Origin: the human T2T-CHM13v2.0 reference genome, Homo sapiens
Strand: one strand, 5' to 3'
Length of the DNA stretch: 64,000 bases
Assembly: GCF_009914755.1 (NCBI RefSeq)
Contig: NC_060933.1
Below the pieces are notes generated by a model. That model saw only the letters and a program-made list of their open reading frames with translations, was not told the DNA's origin and searched no databases. The translations under genes were made by a program, and so were the position numbers. This document shows positions 23,992-41,180 of this stretch, in pieces (positions within the stretch are counted from its first letter, which is position 1; every line of letters starts with the position of its first letter).

Positions 23992-26616
23992 TCACATATG
24001 ATTACTGTGTATCCACATCTTTGTGTTGTCTGTGTTCTCCTATCCACATCCCTGAGATATCCAAAGCCATTTATGTTTACTTGCAAAATGTGTCCAGTGA
24101 CCTGTAATTATGAGTGATTACTTTTCTAGGTATGACTTATTATTTTGAAAGTTTTACTTTTTAATTGACATATAATAGAGGTATAAATTTTCAGGGCACA
24201 TGTGATTATTAAATACATTTGTATAATTTGTAAAGGTCAAATCAGTGTAATTGGGATATCTATCACCTTGTTTGTTTTTTATTTATGTTAGAAACATTTG
24301 AATTATTCTCTTTTCGCTATTTTGAAATATACAAGACATAATTTAATTTTAAGCTATACTAAAAAGTTCTTGGTTAGGAAGGATTATTCTACTTGGAATG
24401 ATGCTCCATCTAGTGTTCACCATATTCTACTACTTTTGTTAAAGTTTTAAAAATGAATAAAGGGGAAACTGTGTTGAAGAAGGGGTCCTCTATTTAACAG
24501 TTAGGTTCTTACTCACAGAGCACTATGGATTCATAGTAAAAAAAAAAATATTGTTTCAAATACCATATGTGGGAGGAAAGAGCGGTCTATATAAGACATT
24601 ACTTTTAATAATTCAAGAAATATCGTTACCATCATTTACTGTCACCACCAGTTACGATGTACTTTTATCCCATGAGGAGACTGAGACTGAGTTTAGTCAT
24701 TTACCCAAAATTTCACAGATCTTGGTCAGGTACAAGTCAGTGATGGAGATATTGTTTGCCCTACATACACTGTGTAATTCCTGAATTTGAACTCCTAATT
24801 ATTCAGAATAAATAAAAAGAGACAAAAAGACACAAACTTGTCCTGATGCACTTTTTAGATATGAACACATGTAAGCATATACCTAATTGGGTACTGAAGT
24901 TTCCCTTCAATTTTAGTACATTTTAATCCTTGTCTTATATTGAAATGTTATCTTTTTGTTCAGTATTTTATCATTGTTGATGTGCTGTGTCAGAATGTGT
25001 CTGTCCATCTTAGATAGTAAATTTATAAATGACAGGACTTAATCCACAACCAAATCAGCATATTATAGTTTATTTCATTGTATATCTTGAATGAAATTGA
25101 AAAATTTAAATAACTATTTAAAAGTTTGGACTTTCCTCTTTGTAGTTTTAAAACATAATTTTTGTTTTTCTCTTGTACAAGTTGAATGGGGCAGCTTGAC
25201 TGCTTGGAGACATCAGGAAAGACTTCCAGGGAAACAGGAGTTTAGTAGGATAAACATGGCTTACAATAGGATGCTTCAGGAATACAGAAAGGTCCTTGTA
25301 AATTCATAGGCGTGTGTCAGAGCTTGACACTTTTGGGTAAATGTAAGTAGTAACAGTGCAGGCAGTGGTGTTGAAAAATGACAGTGGATTAAAAGGCATA
25401 GCCTAAACTTAAAAGATAACTATGAAGCTGCTCAAAGAGCTTAACAATGGGAGTGGAATGAACATATTGGACTTATCAAAATATTATATAATGGACAATC
25501 TAAATAGGCTTATATATATTAAATAATTGAATTAATAATGATAATTTCTAGAACAGAAAGCACCAAGTCCAGATGGGCTCATTGGCAAATCCTACCAAAT
25601 ATTTAAGAAAAATATTGTACCAATGCTCTATAATCTTTCAGAAGACAGAAGCAGAGGAAACATTTCCTAACTCATTTTATGAGGCCATAATTACTCTAAT
25701 ATCTAATACCAAAATCAGACAGAGACATTAGAAAAAAAGAAAACTACAGACAAATATGGCTTATGAACATAGATGCAAAAGTCCTCAACAAAATATTAGC
25801 AAATCCAATCCAATGATGTATAAAGATAATTATGCATTATGACCAAGTGCAGTTTATTCTAATAATGCAAATCTGGTTCACCATTTGAAAATCAATTAAT
25901 GTAATCTGTCATATCAACAGGCTAAAGAAGAAAAATCACATGATCATATCAATAGATGCAGAAAAAGCATCTGACAAAAACCAGCTCTCATTCATGATCA
26001 GAACTCTCAGCAAACTAGTAATAGAGGGGAACTTACTCAACTTGATAAAGAACATATGCAAAAATCTTTCAGCTAACATCGTACTTAATGGTAAGAAATT
26101 GAAGCTTTCCCACTAAGATCAGGAGCAAGGCAAGGACGTCTCCTTTGACCAACCCTTTTCAACATCATATTTATTGGAAGTCCTAGCTAATGCAATAAGA
26201 CAAGAAAAAGAAGTAAAAAGTATACAGATTGGGAAGAAGAAAATAGAACTGCCTTTGTTTGCAGATGACATGATTATCTATGTAGAAAATCTGAAAGAAT
26301 TGACCAAAAAAACCCTCCTGGAGCTAATAAGCAATGATAACAAGGTGGCAAAAATAGGTTGATATACAAAAGTTAATTGCTTTCCTATATGCCAGCAACA
26401 AACAAATGAGATTTGAAATTAAAACCAAAATCCCATTTACAATAATACCCCCAACTTAAATACTTAGGCATAAAACTAACAAAAATATGTAAGACCTTTA
26501 TAAGGGAAGTTATAAAACTCTGATGAACATATAAAAAGCTAAATAAAGGAGAGAGATTCCATGTTTATGGATAGGAAGACTCAATATTACCAAGACATCA
26601 CTTCTTCCCAACTTGA

Positions 26617-26986
<370 letters not shown>

Positions 26987-27837
26987 TATTAACAGATTCT
27001 TAAGTTTATAAGGACAGGCAAAAGACCTAGTATAGCAAACATAATATTGAAGAAGCACAAAGTTGGAGGACTGTCACTACCTGACTTCAAGACTTACTAT
27101 AAAGCTACAGTAATAAGGACAGTATGGTATTTGCAAAATAATAGAAAAATAGATCAATGGAACAGAATAGAGAGCACAGGTATAGACCCATACAAATACT
27201 ATCAACTGATTTTTTTTATAAAGGAGCAAAGGGAATACAATGGAGAAAAGATAAGTTTTCAACAAATGGTGCTGAACAAGGGGATGTTCACATGCAAAAA
27301 GATGAATCTAGACACAGATCTTAAACTTCACAAAAATCAGCTCAAAATGGATTATAGACTGAAATGTAAAATGCTAAACTATGAAACTCCTAGAAGATAA
27401 CATAGAAGAAAATCTAGATGACCTTGGGTTTGAGGTGAATATTTTAGATCCAACACCAAAGGCATGATCCATGAAAGAAATAATTGATAAGTTGTACTTC
27501 ATTAAATTAAAAACGTTTAATCTGTGAAAGCACTGTCAAGAGAATGAAATGACAAGCCACAGACTGGGAGAAAACATTTGCAAAATACATTTGATAAAGG
27601 ACTGGGGTCCAAAGTACTCTAAAAACTCACCAAAGAAGACATACAGATAGCAAATAAGCATATGAAATTGTCGACATTGTATGCCATTAGCAAATTGCAA
27701 ATTAAAACGAGATACCACTACATACATATTAGAATGGCTCAAATGCAAAACATTAACAACATCAAATGCCAAATGCTGGTGCAGCAAGAACTCTTCATTC
27801 ATTGCTGGTGGGAATGCATAATGGTAGAGCCGTTACA

Positions 27838-28127
27838 CAGTGCCAATCATAATCCGAAAGACAAAATCCCAAATGCCATAATCTCAAATGCCTATGAAGT
27901 GTTCGGTTGTGTTTTTATGTTTCTCAAACAAACCTCCTTTACAAATGTAAGTAAATGTCTTTAAAAAATTGTTTTTTAATTATCTTTCCAGAATTATATT
28001 GTGATTTTGGTCTATCAGGATCAGGATTTTTGGGATTTTAGACTTTAGGGATTTTGATCTTTTGGGATTTCAACATTTGATATTACAGCATTTGCAATTG
28101 TATCTTTCAGGAGTATGGCCCAAACCC
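27838..28127 (+). mobile_element. Ricksha-like (MULE/MuDR) internally deleted DNA transposon
   Basis: Imperfect long inverted ends with repeated ATAATCC/AAAATCCC versus GGGATTTT..TATGGCCCAAACCC. Confidence 0.75.
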
Positions 28128-28447
28128 CAGCCATGTAGAAAACAATTTGATAATTTCTTAAAAAACTAAACACCCAGCCACTGTTGAAAATAGTTTGTCA
28201 ATTTCTTAAAAAAACTAAACACACTTTTGCCATACAATCCAGTAATCATGAGCCTTGGTATTTACTCAGATGAGTTGAAAAGTTATGTCCACATAAAACC
28301 TGCATGCAGATGTTTATAGCAGCTTTATTCATAATTGTCAAAAATTGGAGGCAACCAAATTGTCTCTTAGTAGGTGAATGGATGAATAAACTGTAGTACA
28401 TCCAGACAATGGAATATTTTTCAGTGCTAAAAAGAAATAAGCTATCA

Positions 28448-28762
28448 GCTGGGTGCAGTGGCTCACGCCTATAATCCCAGCAGTTTGAGAGGCCGAGGTG
28501 GATGGATCACTTGTGCCCAAGAGTTCGAGACCACCCTGGCCAACATGGCAAAAACCCATCTCTACAAAAAATACAAAAATTAGCCAAACGTGGTGGCATG
28601 TGCCTGTAGTCCCAGCTACTTGGGGGGACTGAGAGAGGAGGATTGCTTGAGCCCGGAAAGGAGAGGCTGTAGTGAGCCATGTTTGTGCCACTGCATTCCA
28701 GCCTGGGCACAGAGTGAGACCCTGTCTCAAAAAAAAAAAAAAAAAAAAAGGAAAAGAAAAAG
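28448..28762 (+). mobile_element. AluJ
   Basis: Full dimer inside the L1 3' UTR. Confidence 0.93.
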
Positions 28763-29156
28763 AAGCCATCAAGCTGTGAAAAGACATAGAGAAATCTTAA
28801 ATGCACATTGCTAAGTGAAATGAGCCAATCTGAAAAAGCTATATACTATATGACTTCAACCATATGACATTCTGGAAAAGACAAAACTATGGAGACAGTA
28901 GAAAGGTCAATGGTTGTGAGAGATTGGAGGGAGGGAGGAAAAACTGTGAAGAATGTAGGGAATTTTTAGGGCAGTGAAACTATTCTATATGGTACTATAA
29001 TGGTGAATGAATGTACTTATGTGTTTGTCAAAACCCATAGAATGTACAACACCAAAAGTGAACTCTAATGTAAACCATGGACTTTGGATGATAATAAAAT
29101 GTCAATATAGGCTAGTTGATTGTAACAAAGGCAAGAGGTGTTAATTGTGGGGAGGC

Positions 29157-29201
29157 TGTGTGTGTGTGTGTGTGTGTATGTATGTGTATGTATGTGTGTG
29201 T
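29157..29201. repeat. (TG)n/(TATG)n microsatellite
   Basis: Seen directly. Confidence 0.95.
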
Positions 29202-29713
29202 GGGAGCAAAAGTCATAAAAGGAAATTCTCTGCACTTTCTGCTCTATTTTGCTGTGAACTTAAAACTGCTCTAAAAAATAAAGTTGATTTTTTTAAAAAG
29301 CATGCTATCAGTAAGCCACCCAGACTTCAATCTGTTTCACTCTTGAATGAATTCACATCAGGCATCCTTTTTACATAACTTTAAATTGATTTTTAAGAAT
29401 GAGACTTAGAATATAAACACTGATGATCCTGCCAGACAAAAAAGCTTCTTGTAAACATATATACCATTAGGAAGCAAAAGAAAGGAGGAAGTTAAACAAA
29501 TAAAAGATACATAACAAATAGCTTCATATTTAATGAATTGATCCCAGTATGTCATTTGGGACTAGCTGACCATAAAATATCCTCCTACTACCCTTGAAAT
29601 ATTTTTTCTTGGGTCTTCAGCATAATAGCTGTGGAGCTACTGGGTCCAGTTACTGTATTATTGGGTGTTTTATGGGTGCTATTTGTACACTGTATCTTTA
29701 TTTTAAAAACCTA

Positions 29714-30057
<344 letters not shown>

Positions 30058-30299
30058 TCAGTTCAATATTGGCCATTAAGTAATGCAAGCATTGTAATGT
30101 AAGGTTTGATTATTGTATTTGTGTTACCTATCATTTTACAGTACTAAATTCCCATAAGCCATGACAAGTTACCTTTACAAGTTACATTCATGTTTTACCT
30201 TTCTTTATATTGACTATTCTCTGTTTATAGAGAAGAGGTGAATGAGTGAAATATTAGCTACTATAAAATAATGGCTACCATGTCCATAAAATAATAGAC

Positions 30300-30685
30300 T
30301 GCCTGGTCTACTAGATGCCAGTAATCATATTAATAGCTTTATATAATTATCTCCTTTAATCTTTGCAAAAAGTCTGCATTATAGTTCTCAGCCCTCTTCT
30401 AAATTGAGGGAACTAAGGTTCAAAGAGATCAACTAATTTGGTCAAAGTCACACAGGAAGGCAGTACAGAGTAATAGTTAAATGCACAGTCTTTGTGGCCT
30501 AATTCCCTGTGTTAGTATTCTTGTTCCACCATTTCCTAAATCTGTGACCTTAGGCAAGTTATCTAACTCCTTTAATGTCATTTTTCTCATCTGTAAAATG
30601 AAAGACTAAGTGAAATAATTCATGTAAAGTGCTCAGCACAGTGGCTGGTACAGAGTGAGTACTTCATAAATGTTAGTGGTTATTA
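30300..30685. mobile_element. Two MIR remnants in opposite orientation
   Basis: GAGGGAACTAAGG..CAAAGTCACACAG, then TGTGACCTTAGGCAAGTTA..CTCATCTGTAAAATG. Confidence 0.65.
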
Positions 30686-30892
30686 AAAGTAATTGTATAT
30701 TACACAGTCATTGTATATTCTTTTTATTATTACAAATAGGTGACAACATGGATTTAAACTTAAGTCTCCCTGGCCCTGAAGTTCCCTTCTTTTCCTTTAC
30801 TCAACTCTCTCTGTGTAAATTTTTAGTCATTGGTGAAGAGAGAACTGATTCTCCTAAATGGCTTTACCTCTGTGAAAAAACAGATTTGCCAG

Positions 30893-31273
30893 TTTATCAG
30901 TCAGGTTAGGCTAGGTTTGCTGCATTAATGAACAACTTTTATATATCCTTAGTTTATCACAAACAAGTTTATTTCTCATTTCCATTTTATGTCCTATGTG
31001 GCTTGACTGGGAGACTTCTTTCATTATAGTCACCCAGGAATCTAGGCTGAGGGATGCTCCATTTGCCGTATGTTTTATCATGGCCAAGGCAGAAAAAAAG
31101 GGAAATGGTGACTTCTGCACTGGTTCTTAAATATTTCTTTTTAGAAGTGACAAGTGCCACTGCTGCTTATAATTTCATTGGTCAAAGCCAGTAGCATGAC
31201 CAGGTCTAACTTCAAGGGCTTTAGGAAAGAGAGGAGAATTAGACATAAGTGAGCAGCATTAATAACTACCACA
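30893..31273 (-). mobile_element. Old MaLR LTR (MLT1J/K/L-like)
   Basis: ATCAGTCAGGTTAGGCTAGGT..CATTGGTCAAAGC..TAACTACCACA. Confidence 0.7.
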
Positions 31274-31275
31274 GC

Positions 31276-31581
<306 letters not shown>

Positions 31582-32661
31582 CTACCACAGCAAATTGAAC
31601 TTTTTGAGTTTCCTAATTTGATATTTCTCTTTTTGATTTCTAAATTTCTTCTTATGTGTATAGATTCACTTGGTAAAAACCTAAAGATAACTTCATAGAA
31701 ATAGTTCTCTTTCAGAGAGGTCCATCGGAATTATCTGGATACAGTTTCCAAAATGATGTGCCCAGGCCCCACTCAAGACTTAATGAATTGAAATATATGA
31801 GAGTCAGGCTCTGGGCGTGTACATTTTGAAAAACTCCTCGGATGGTGCTGGCTTGCACTCTGTTGTGTTTATGCAATAGTAAACCGATACGTGTTTTCAA
31901 GGATCTTGCTGAAGACAGATGGGAGGAAGCAGAGCTGAAAGGATCAGAAAGAGGAAGGGACAAGGTAGAAATTACGACTCAAGTGTGGCAGGGTTCTGAG
32001 CTCAGACTTAAGCTGTACTTACCTTAGAAGTTCACATTGGGAGATATATCTGGGCATGCCTAGATGACTGGTGGGTCAGTCATCAGGGTTCCCTTTTTAT
32101 AAGGTAACATGGATCCTCCTGGGAAAAACTTCATCTTAAATTGAGAGACTTTTTTCCCCAATATTTAATTGAAAAATTTTTAATCATACGGAAGGTTGAA
32201 AGAATTTACCCATCATTTAGATTTGATAGGTGCTATCATTTTGCTGTATTTGCTTTATTTGCTAATTTTTATAGCCACTGATGATCATTACCTGAATCAA
32301 TTATTTCACTGAGGAGTGGGCATTGGCAAATGGTGATTTTTCCGATGTATCATTTCTTCTACAATTATTATCTACATTCTTCTATTAAAAGAGAACTTCC
32401 CTTTATCAATTGGAGATGAAGTAAATTTTCCTAAAAAGACATCATAAATGCTTCATTATTTTAATTTGGAAAGAGTTTTCAGGAACCTATGTTTGGTTTA
32501 AGGACAGTTGACCTACATTGTAGTGAACAGATGAGCTGAGTATAGCAGAGGCTTGTGCATATTTTTCTACAGCCCAACCCTCAGAATGCTAGAGCAAGGT
32601 AGCTGCGGTGAAAAATAGTGTAGAAATTACAGTGGCTATATCACTGAGGACAGAAAGACTT

Positions 32662-32904
32662 GGCAGCGTGATCAGAGCTCACTGCAAACTCTGCCTTCCG
32701 GGTTCAAGCAGTTCTTTGCCTCAGCCTCCCGAGTAGCTGGGATTACAGGCGCCTGCCACCACGCCTAGCTAATTTTTGCATTTTTAGTAGAGACGGAGTT
32801 TCACCATCGTGGCCAGGCTGGTCTTGAACTCCTGACCTCATGATCCACCTGCCTTGGCCTCCCAAAGTGCTGGGATTACAGGTGTGAGCCACTGCGCCCA
32901 GCCC
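32662..32904 (-). mobile_element. AluS lacking its 3' end and tail
   Basis: Alu sequence starts mid right arm; no poly-T. Confidence 0.88.
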
Positions 32905-33328
32905 AACAAGGTCCTGTCTAGGTAAAGGAAACGCATAGGCGAAAGTGATGGATAGAATTTGAAAAGCAGAGAAAAGATGGCAAGTGGCTCAGATTGAAAG
33001 AGAAATTCCAAATATACTAGTTAACTAGTTGAGGGAACCAGAGAGTCTCTGGATATTTAATGACAAGCTTAAATAAGCTAATCTCTGATGGAAGTCAGCA
33101 TTGCATGAATGGTTGAAGGGCCAAAAACATGATATATCCCTTTATATGTTTAAGTGTTTTTTTGTGCTTCTCAATGCCATGTGATGTTTTTTATGGTAAA
33201 TACTGAGATTTAACAAAATATAAATTAAAAGTTTATTCTTGATACAATTAATAGCTCCTGAAAAGTTAAAATGATCTAGAAATCAGAATTCTTTTAATCT
33301 ATACTGAATGTAGGGGTTGTGGTTACTA

Positions 33329-33659
<331 letters not shown>

Positions 33660-34209
33660 GATTGCTTTTTCCCTTTCACTTACCCTTTTTTTTGGAAAGA
33701 TAAAACAAAGTGACTTTCTTATTATCTCATGTTTCTTGTAAACAGTGATTTCTTGGTAGAGAAATAAAAATTGTTTCTTAATTGGGAGAAAAGAAATTAA
33801 CAGCTATTGCTGTGGTTGGTTCTATTTTTATTATTTATTGGCTAAATGTACATAGACTGAAAGGAAAATTAAAAGACAAACTATTCACTAAATCCTGGAA
33901 AACAGTATATGTTATAATCTGCATTTCATAAAATTAAGGGATAATTTTAAACATATTTCCTCAAACAGTAATATAATTAAGTTATGCTTAGTATTCAACT
34001 AAGTGATTAGAATTCAGTTGTAGTGGTACTTATCTTTTTAAAAAATATAAAAGTTACCATGTTTTTACAGAGTGGAAATACAGTAATTAATAAAAGTGTT
34101 CCATTGTGTAGGCTATTTTCTTCCCCCCGAGTGAAGCTAATCAGTTAGTTTCATGCTCCATATGCAGTCGTTGGATCATTTTTAAATGATCAATGATCAT
34201 TCTTAAATG

Positions 34210-35082
34210 TGTCAATGAAAAGCGCCAAACTTTGTCAAATATTTGAAGAGATTTATTCTGAAACAAATAAGGGTAGCCATGGCCTGAGGCACAGTCTCAA
34301 GAGGTCCTAAGAACATGTGCCCAAGGTGGTTAAGTTACAGCTTTATTTTATAGGTTTTATGGAGACATACACCATCAATTATTACATGTGAGATATACAT
34401 TAGTTTGTTCCGGAAAGGTGGGACAACTCAAGATGGGGAGGGGAAGGAGGGAACTTCCAGGTCATAAGATTTTCTGATTGGCAATTGATTGAAAGAGTTA
34501 TTATCTAAAGACCTAGAATCAATAGAATGGAATGTCTAGGTTAAAATAAGGGGTTGTGAAGACCAAGGTTTTATCATGCAGATGAAGCCTCCAGGTAGCA
34601 GGCTTCAGAGCTCTTATCAGACCTGAAAAGGTGCTACTCTCTTAGTTAATTTTCTCTCCTGGATCAGGAAAAAGACCTGGAAAAGGAATGGGAATTCTCT
34701 ATAGAATGCAGATTTTCCCCACAAGAGACAGCTTTGCAGGGCCACTTCAAAATATGTCAAAGAAATACATTTTGGGGTAAAATACTTCAATTTCTTTCAG
34801 GGTCTGCTATCCATTATGTGATGCTATACTAGAATCAGGCTGGAATTTGGTGTCCTATTGCTACAAAAAGTCTGTTTTGTCAGTCTTAAGATCTCCGTTT
34901 TAGTGTTAATGCTGGTCAGCTGTACCTGAATTCCAAAGCAAGGAGGGTATAATGAGGCATGTCTGACCCCCACTTCTCATCATGGCCTGAACTGGTTTTT
35001 CAGGTTAATTCTGGAATGCCCTTGGCCGAGGGGAGGGTCCATCAGCTGATTGGGGAGTTTAGAATTTTATTTTTGGTTTATA
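34210..35082 (-). mobile_element. ERV1 MER4-group solo LTR (MER4D/E-like)
   Basis: TGTCAATGAAAAG..GAGATTTATTCTGA..TAGAATTTTATTTTTGGTTTA. Confidence 0.8.
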
Positions 35083-35430
35083 ATACTAATTATAGTAAAT
35101 GAATATAAAAATTTAAATAAAATATTTAAAGCTGGAATTTCTAATTTGTTTTGAAAATTTAATTAAATACTGGTAAACATCTTATAAAAATAAAACTAAT
35201 TATGACTCTAGAATTAACACCCAAATGTCAGTATAAAACTGGGACCCCCAAACTCACTATGCTAAAGAGAATAACTTGCTTCATACTTATTACACCTAGA
35301 CATATACACGCATAGATTCATGAGTAAGTAATATGAGCTGGGCATGGTTGGCTCATACCTCTGATCCCAGCACTTTGAGGGGCCAAGGAGGGAGAATCAT
35401 TTGAAGCCAGGAGTTCAAGATCAGTTCTGG

Positions 35431-36381
<951 letters not shown>

Positions 36382-36934
36382 CTGGCAACGTAGTGCGATG
36401 CAGACTTAAAAAAAAAGGTATTAGCCAGGCATGGTGGCTCATTCCTATAGTTCCAGCTAGTCAGGAGGCTGAGGTGGGAAAAGCTCTTCAGCCCAGGAAT
36501 TTGAATTTGCAGTGAGATATGATTATTGCCGCTACATTCCAGCCTGGATGACAGAGCAAGACCTTGTCTCTAAAAAAAATTAAAAAAAACATTTTTTAAG
36601 TGTAATATGAATTGTTTAATATTACAGACTGTTTCTCAGCTACCATGAATAACAGTGCTGAATAGTATAGCAATCAGTGATTATCACTGGATATTCCAAG
36701 TGAAACCTGAAGAGAAGCCAAAAAAAAAAAAAAAAGGGACATTTGACACTCTGAGACATTGGTAAAGTATCTATTTCATTCATGCTCTCAGAGAGGAAGG
36801 ATTTGTCAAACTATTTGTATTTTCTCTTACTAAAGTGTTTCTACTTTTGTCCAAATTTTCTCTGTTGTCCAAAGCACAGTCTTGGACAGCAGAGGCACAA
36901 CTCACACACCTACATAGAATGCCAGGGTAGTCAC

Positions 36935-37293
<359 letters not shown>

Positions 37294-37549
37294 TGAAGTT
37301 AGTGTCACAAAAGGGAATGTTTAAGGTTATAGATTGCACTGTGGCAGCTCTGAGTGCTGGATGGTGAGTGACATACACCAGTGTGTTTTTTCATAAGTTG
37401 ATAGCCCTCTCTTGATGATACATAGGGCCCTGTAATGTATGGGGCCTAGGCGCCCAGTTCTAAGATTGGCATTGAGTCTTAGCATTAAGTATGCACATGT
37501 TCAGATCATGCTCCTATTTTCCAGTAGAGTAATTATTCCCACAGCTGTT

Positions 37550-37861
37550 TCTTTTACTTTTTCTTTTTCCTTTTTATTGAGACAGGATCTCATTCTATCA
37601 CCCAGGCTGGAGTGTGGTGGTGTCATCAAGGCTCACCGCACCCTCAACCTCCTGGGCTCAGGTGACTCTTCTGCCTCAGCCTCCTGAGTAACTGGGACCA
37701 CCACTGCATGCTATACCTGGCTAATTTCTTTTTAAATTATTTGTAGAGACAGGGTTTCATTATGTTGCTCAGGCTGGTATCAAACTCCTGGGCTCAAGCA
37801 AGCCTCTCACCTCGGACTCCCAACGTGCTAAGATTACAGGTTTGAGCCACTGTGTCCAGCC
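37550..37861 (-). mobile_element. AluJ
   Basis: TSD cac(a/g)gctgtttct. Confidence 0.92.
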
Positions 37862-37989
37862 ACACGGCTGTTTCTATCATTCTGTATTCCAGAGATCACC
37901 AGTTCTAGTCTTCTGCAGGGGTAGTTGCTCAATGTCATGAGTAAGAGAGGGGAACTACAGATCTACCTCCTTTTAAGTTTTGTATTAAT

Positions 37990-38600
37990 TTTTTTTTTAA
38001 TTTTGAAATAATTTTAGATTTATAAAAGAGCTGCAAAGATGGTACAGAGAGTTCCTGTGTACTCTTCATCAAGCTTCACCTGTTGTTAACATCTTTCATA
38101 ATCATGGTGCATTTATTGAAACTAAGAAATTAACATGAGTATGATGCTATGAACTAAACCATAGACTTTATTAGGATCTCACCAGTTTTTCTGCTGATGT
38201 CTTTTTTTCTGTTTCAGGATATCACATTGTATTTGGTCATCATGACTCCTTAGTCTCCAATCTGTGCCAGTTTTTTTGGTCTTGTCTTTCATGGCCTTGG
38301 GGATTTTTGAAGAATAATGGCCAGGTATTTTGTAGGATGCCCCTTAACTTAGATTTGTCTGATATTGGGATTTATCATGATTAGATTGGGAATATGGGTT
38401 TGGGGGAAGAATACTGCAGAGGTGAACTGCCCTTTCCATTGCATCATATGAGGGGTGCATGATATCCACGTGACTATGAGTGCTGATGTTAACCTTGATC
38501 ACTTGGTTAAGGTGGTGTCTGAAAGGTTTCCTAGTTACTCTTTTTCCATACTTTATTCTTTAGAAGCAAGACACTAAGTACAGCCCAAAATCAAGGAGTG
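37990..38600 (-). mobile_element. L1MC-type 3' UTR fragment
   Basis: TTTTGAAATAATTTTAGATTTA..GATGTTAACCTTGATCACTTGG; homologous to 55.6-57.5 kb. Confidence 0.75.
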
Positions 38601-38849
38601 GAGAATTTATTTTAAAACTGCATTCTACCAATCCTTATTTGATACTCCCCCACCCCACTTCCAAAAGTCCACTTGGTTCCTGAGCCTTTAGAAGATTCTG
38701 TGGTATACATCAGCTTAGTTTTTGGCTTTTCCTACTGTATCCTAAGTCATTTTTCTGTTTTCCAGTCTCCACAATTTTGTTGCTATTGTCTCTTTTTTCT
38801 CTCTGTGAGTTTGTGAGTTTTTTTTTTTAATCCCTTTACTGTAGCTTAG

Positions 38850-39217
<368 letters not shown>

Positions 39218-40229
39218 CAGAGAAACATTTTATCATCATCAAAATTGATATTTAATCTGTGTTTAGATTTGTCATTTCTGCTTGTCATAATTCTGCCATT
39301 GATATAATACATGAAATTACTGAATACTTTTTGGGCACCATTGTTATGTTTTGTAAAGCATTGTGATCAATCAGAAATTCAGTTCCCAGCTAGAGAAGAA
39401 ACTCTTCTAGTATTGGCTGGTGTGACTGGCCCTGATTTTCAAAGGTAAATTAGGGTTACTGCTATAAAGCAGGGATTACAATGGGGTGCTTCTGTATACT
39501 CCAATGCCCAGTTACTAAGGTTACCAAAAAACAAAGTGGGTTTGGACACCTCAGGAGTCAAAGTTTGAGTCAGTCCACCAGGCAAAGAACCTTAACTGGC
39601 ATAAGCTAGCCAAAGGCAACCTAAACTTGAATGGGTAGAGGAGGGGAGTTACAATATCCACTATGGTTTCTTGACCAGTTACATAAAGGAGGACTGTAGC
39701 TCTCTGTGTATCTGCTCTCTCTCCTTTCTTTTTCACCTTTTGTTTTCCTACAATTTTATAGAGTGTTTTGATATCAGAAATGTTTACCATTTAGTGACTG
39801 AGTTGCACTTTTTTATTTTTTATGCGTTTTTATAATTTTTATTACTTTTTCAATAAAGATAATGTATCTGTTACTACATCTGTGTAATACATCTGTATGG
39901 CTTATAAATACCATTCTATACTGTACTCAGAACAGCAGATACTGTTCTGTACTCTGCTTTCCTCGCTGCATGATATATATTAGTGCATAGGAAGAGTCCT
40001 TTTTTTCAGCTCTGTAGATGTACCAATATTTATTTAACCAATGCCCTATAGAAAATGTCTTGGGTTTGTTTCTCATTTTTGGCTTTACAAACAATACTGC
40101 AGTGAATAACTTCATATGAACCTCATTGTATAGGTTTGTAGGTATATTTGCGTAAACATTCTCAGAAGTAGTAGAGTTGTAGAGTATCAGTTTAGTATTA
40201 TAATATATCTAGAGTGGGATTATCTATCA

Positions 40230-41180
40230 TCTGTTTTAATATGGACAATCAGGAAAATAGCAATCATTTCTAGTACTTACAACAGGGAAAATTTAATGCA
40301 GGAAAGTGGTTACCAGGTGTTGGAGGAACTGAGCACCTAATGGAGAAAGGGGAGCAATTCAGATATTAGTAACAACAGAAAACCATTGCCTGTAGCCTGG
40401 AAAGACAAAAGAAGACAAGAATCACTGAATTCTGGAGCTGGAGGTCATTTACTGGAGGCTAGGGCCTCTACGGACCTGTGTGATGAGAACTGGAGCTGCT
40501 GAGGAGATGCAGTCACTGCCAGAGAAGTGACTGAGTTAGAAGAGGAAGGGGGAGAAATGTGCTGGTTTATTCCTTCCCTCCTCATCCTCCAATCTTTGAG
40601 AAACCAGCTGATATGAGTCTGGGAATCGCAGTCAATGGATCAACCCCTTGCGATACAAAACAGAGCAGGGAAGGGCAAGGAATGCATTTGAGGACAAATG
40701 GATTCAGAATCCATATTGTTCACCCCTTCTGCTACTCAGCATTCAAGTTCACCCTTCTACCCATGTTTAATACCATCATACTTCTGTCTGTCATACAAAC
40801 AAGAGGAGAGACACCAAGTCCCATCAATCATTGTATCCATCTCAAGTTTGGGATCTACTGGTGATCCTCATTCCTTCCCATCAGGTCTGGATGTGTCTTT
40901 TTGTGGCCTGGTGACCTACGAACTAAATTGTAAATTAAGCAACCACTGACACTTTCCATGCAAAACTGTGGGGGAAGGGGAAGGGGAAGGGGACAAAATA
41001 GAAATCGTTGGTTAATAGATACATAACAAATACACGTGAATGCTACAATTCTTGTTGCTATAAAAAGTCGCAAGGATGAAGTTGATTTTTATCATTTCCT
41101 TTTTCTACCACTTATTCCATATTTCCTTTGCTTTTAGCTAGGACTGCAAATGGTTTGGGTTCTTTACTTGCAGGATGATT
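40230..41180 (-). mobile_element. Old ERVL-class LTR plus internal 3' stub (copy A)
   Basis: Similar to 41180-42520 in both the LTR-end and internal blocks; family uncertain. Confidence 0.5.

Noticed and set aside
28000-28127. Spaced GGGATTT repeats, superficially CRISPR- or iteron-like
   Set aside because: Subterminal repeats of the Ricksha-like transposon end; eukaryotic context and no cas genes
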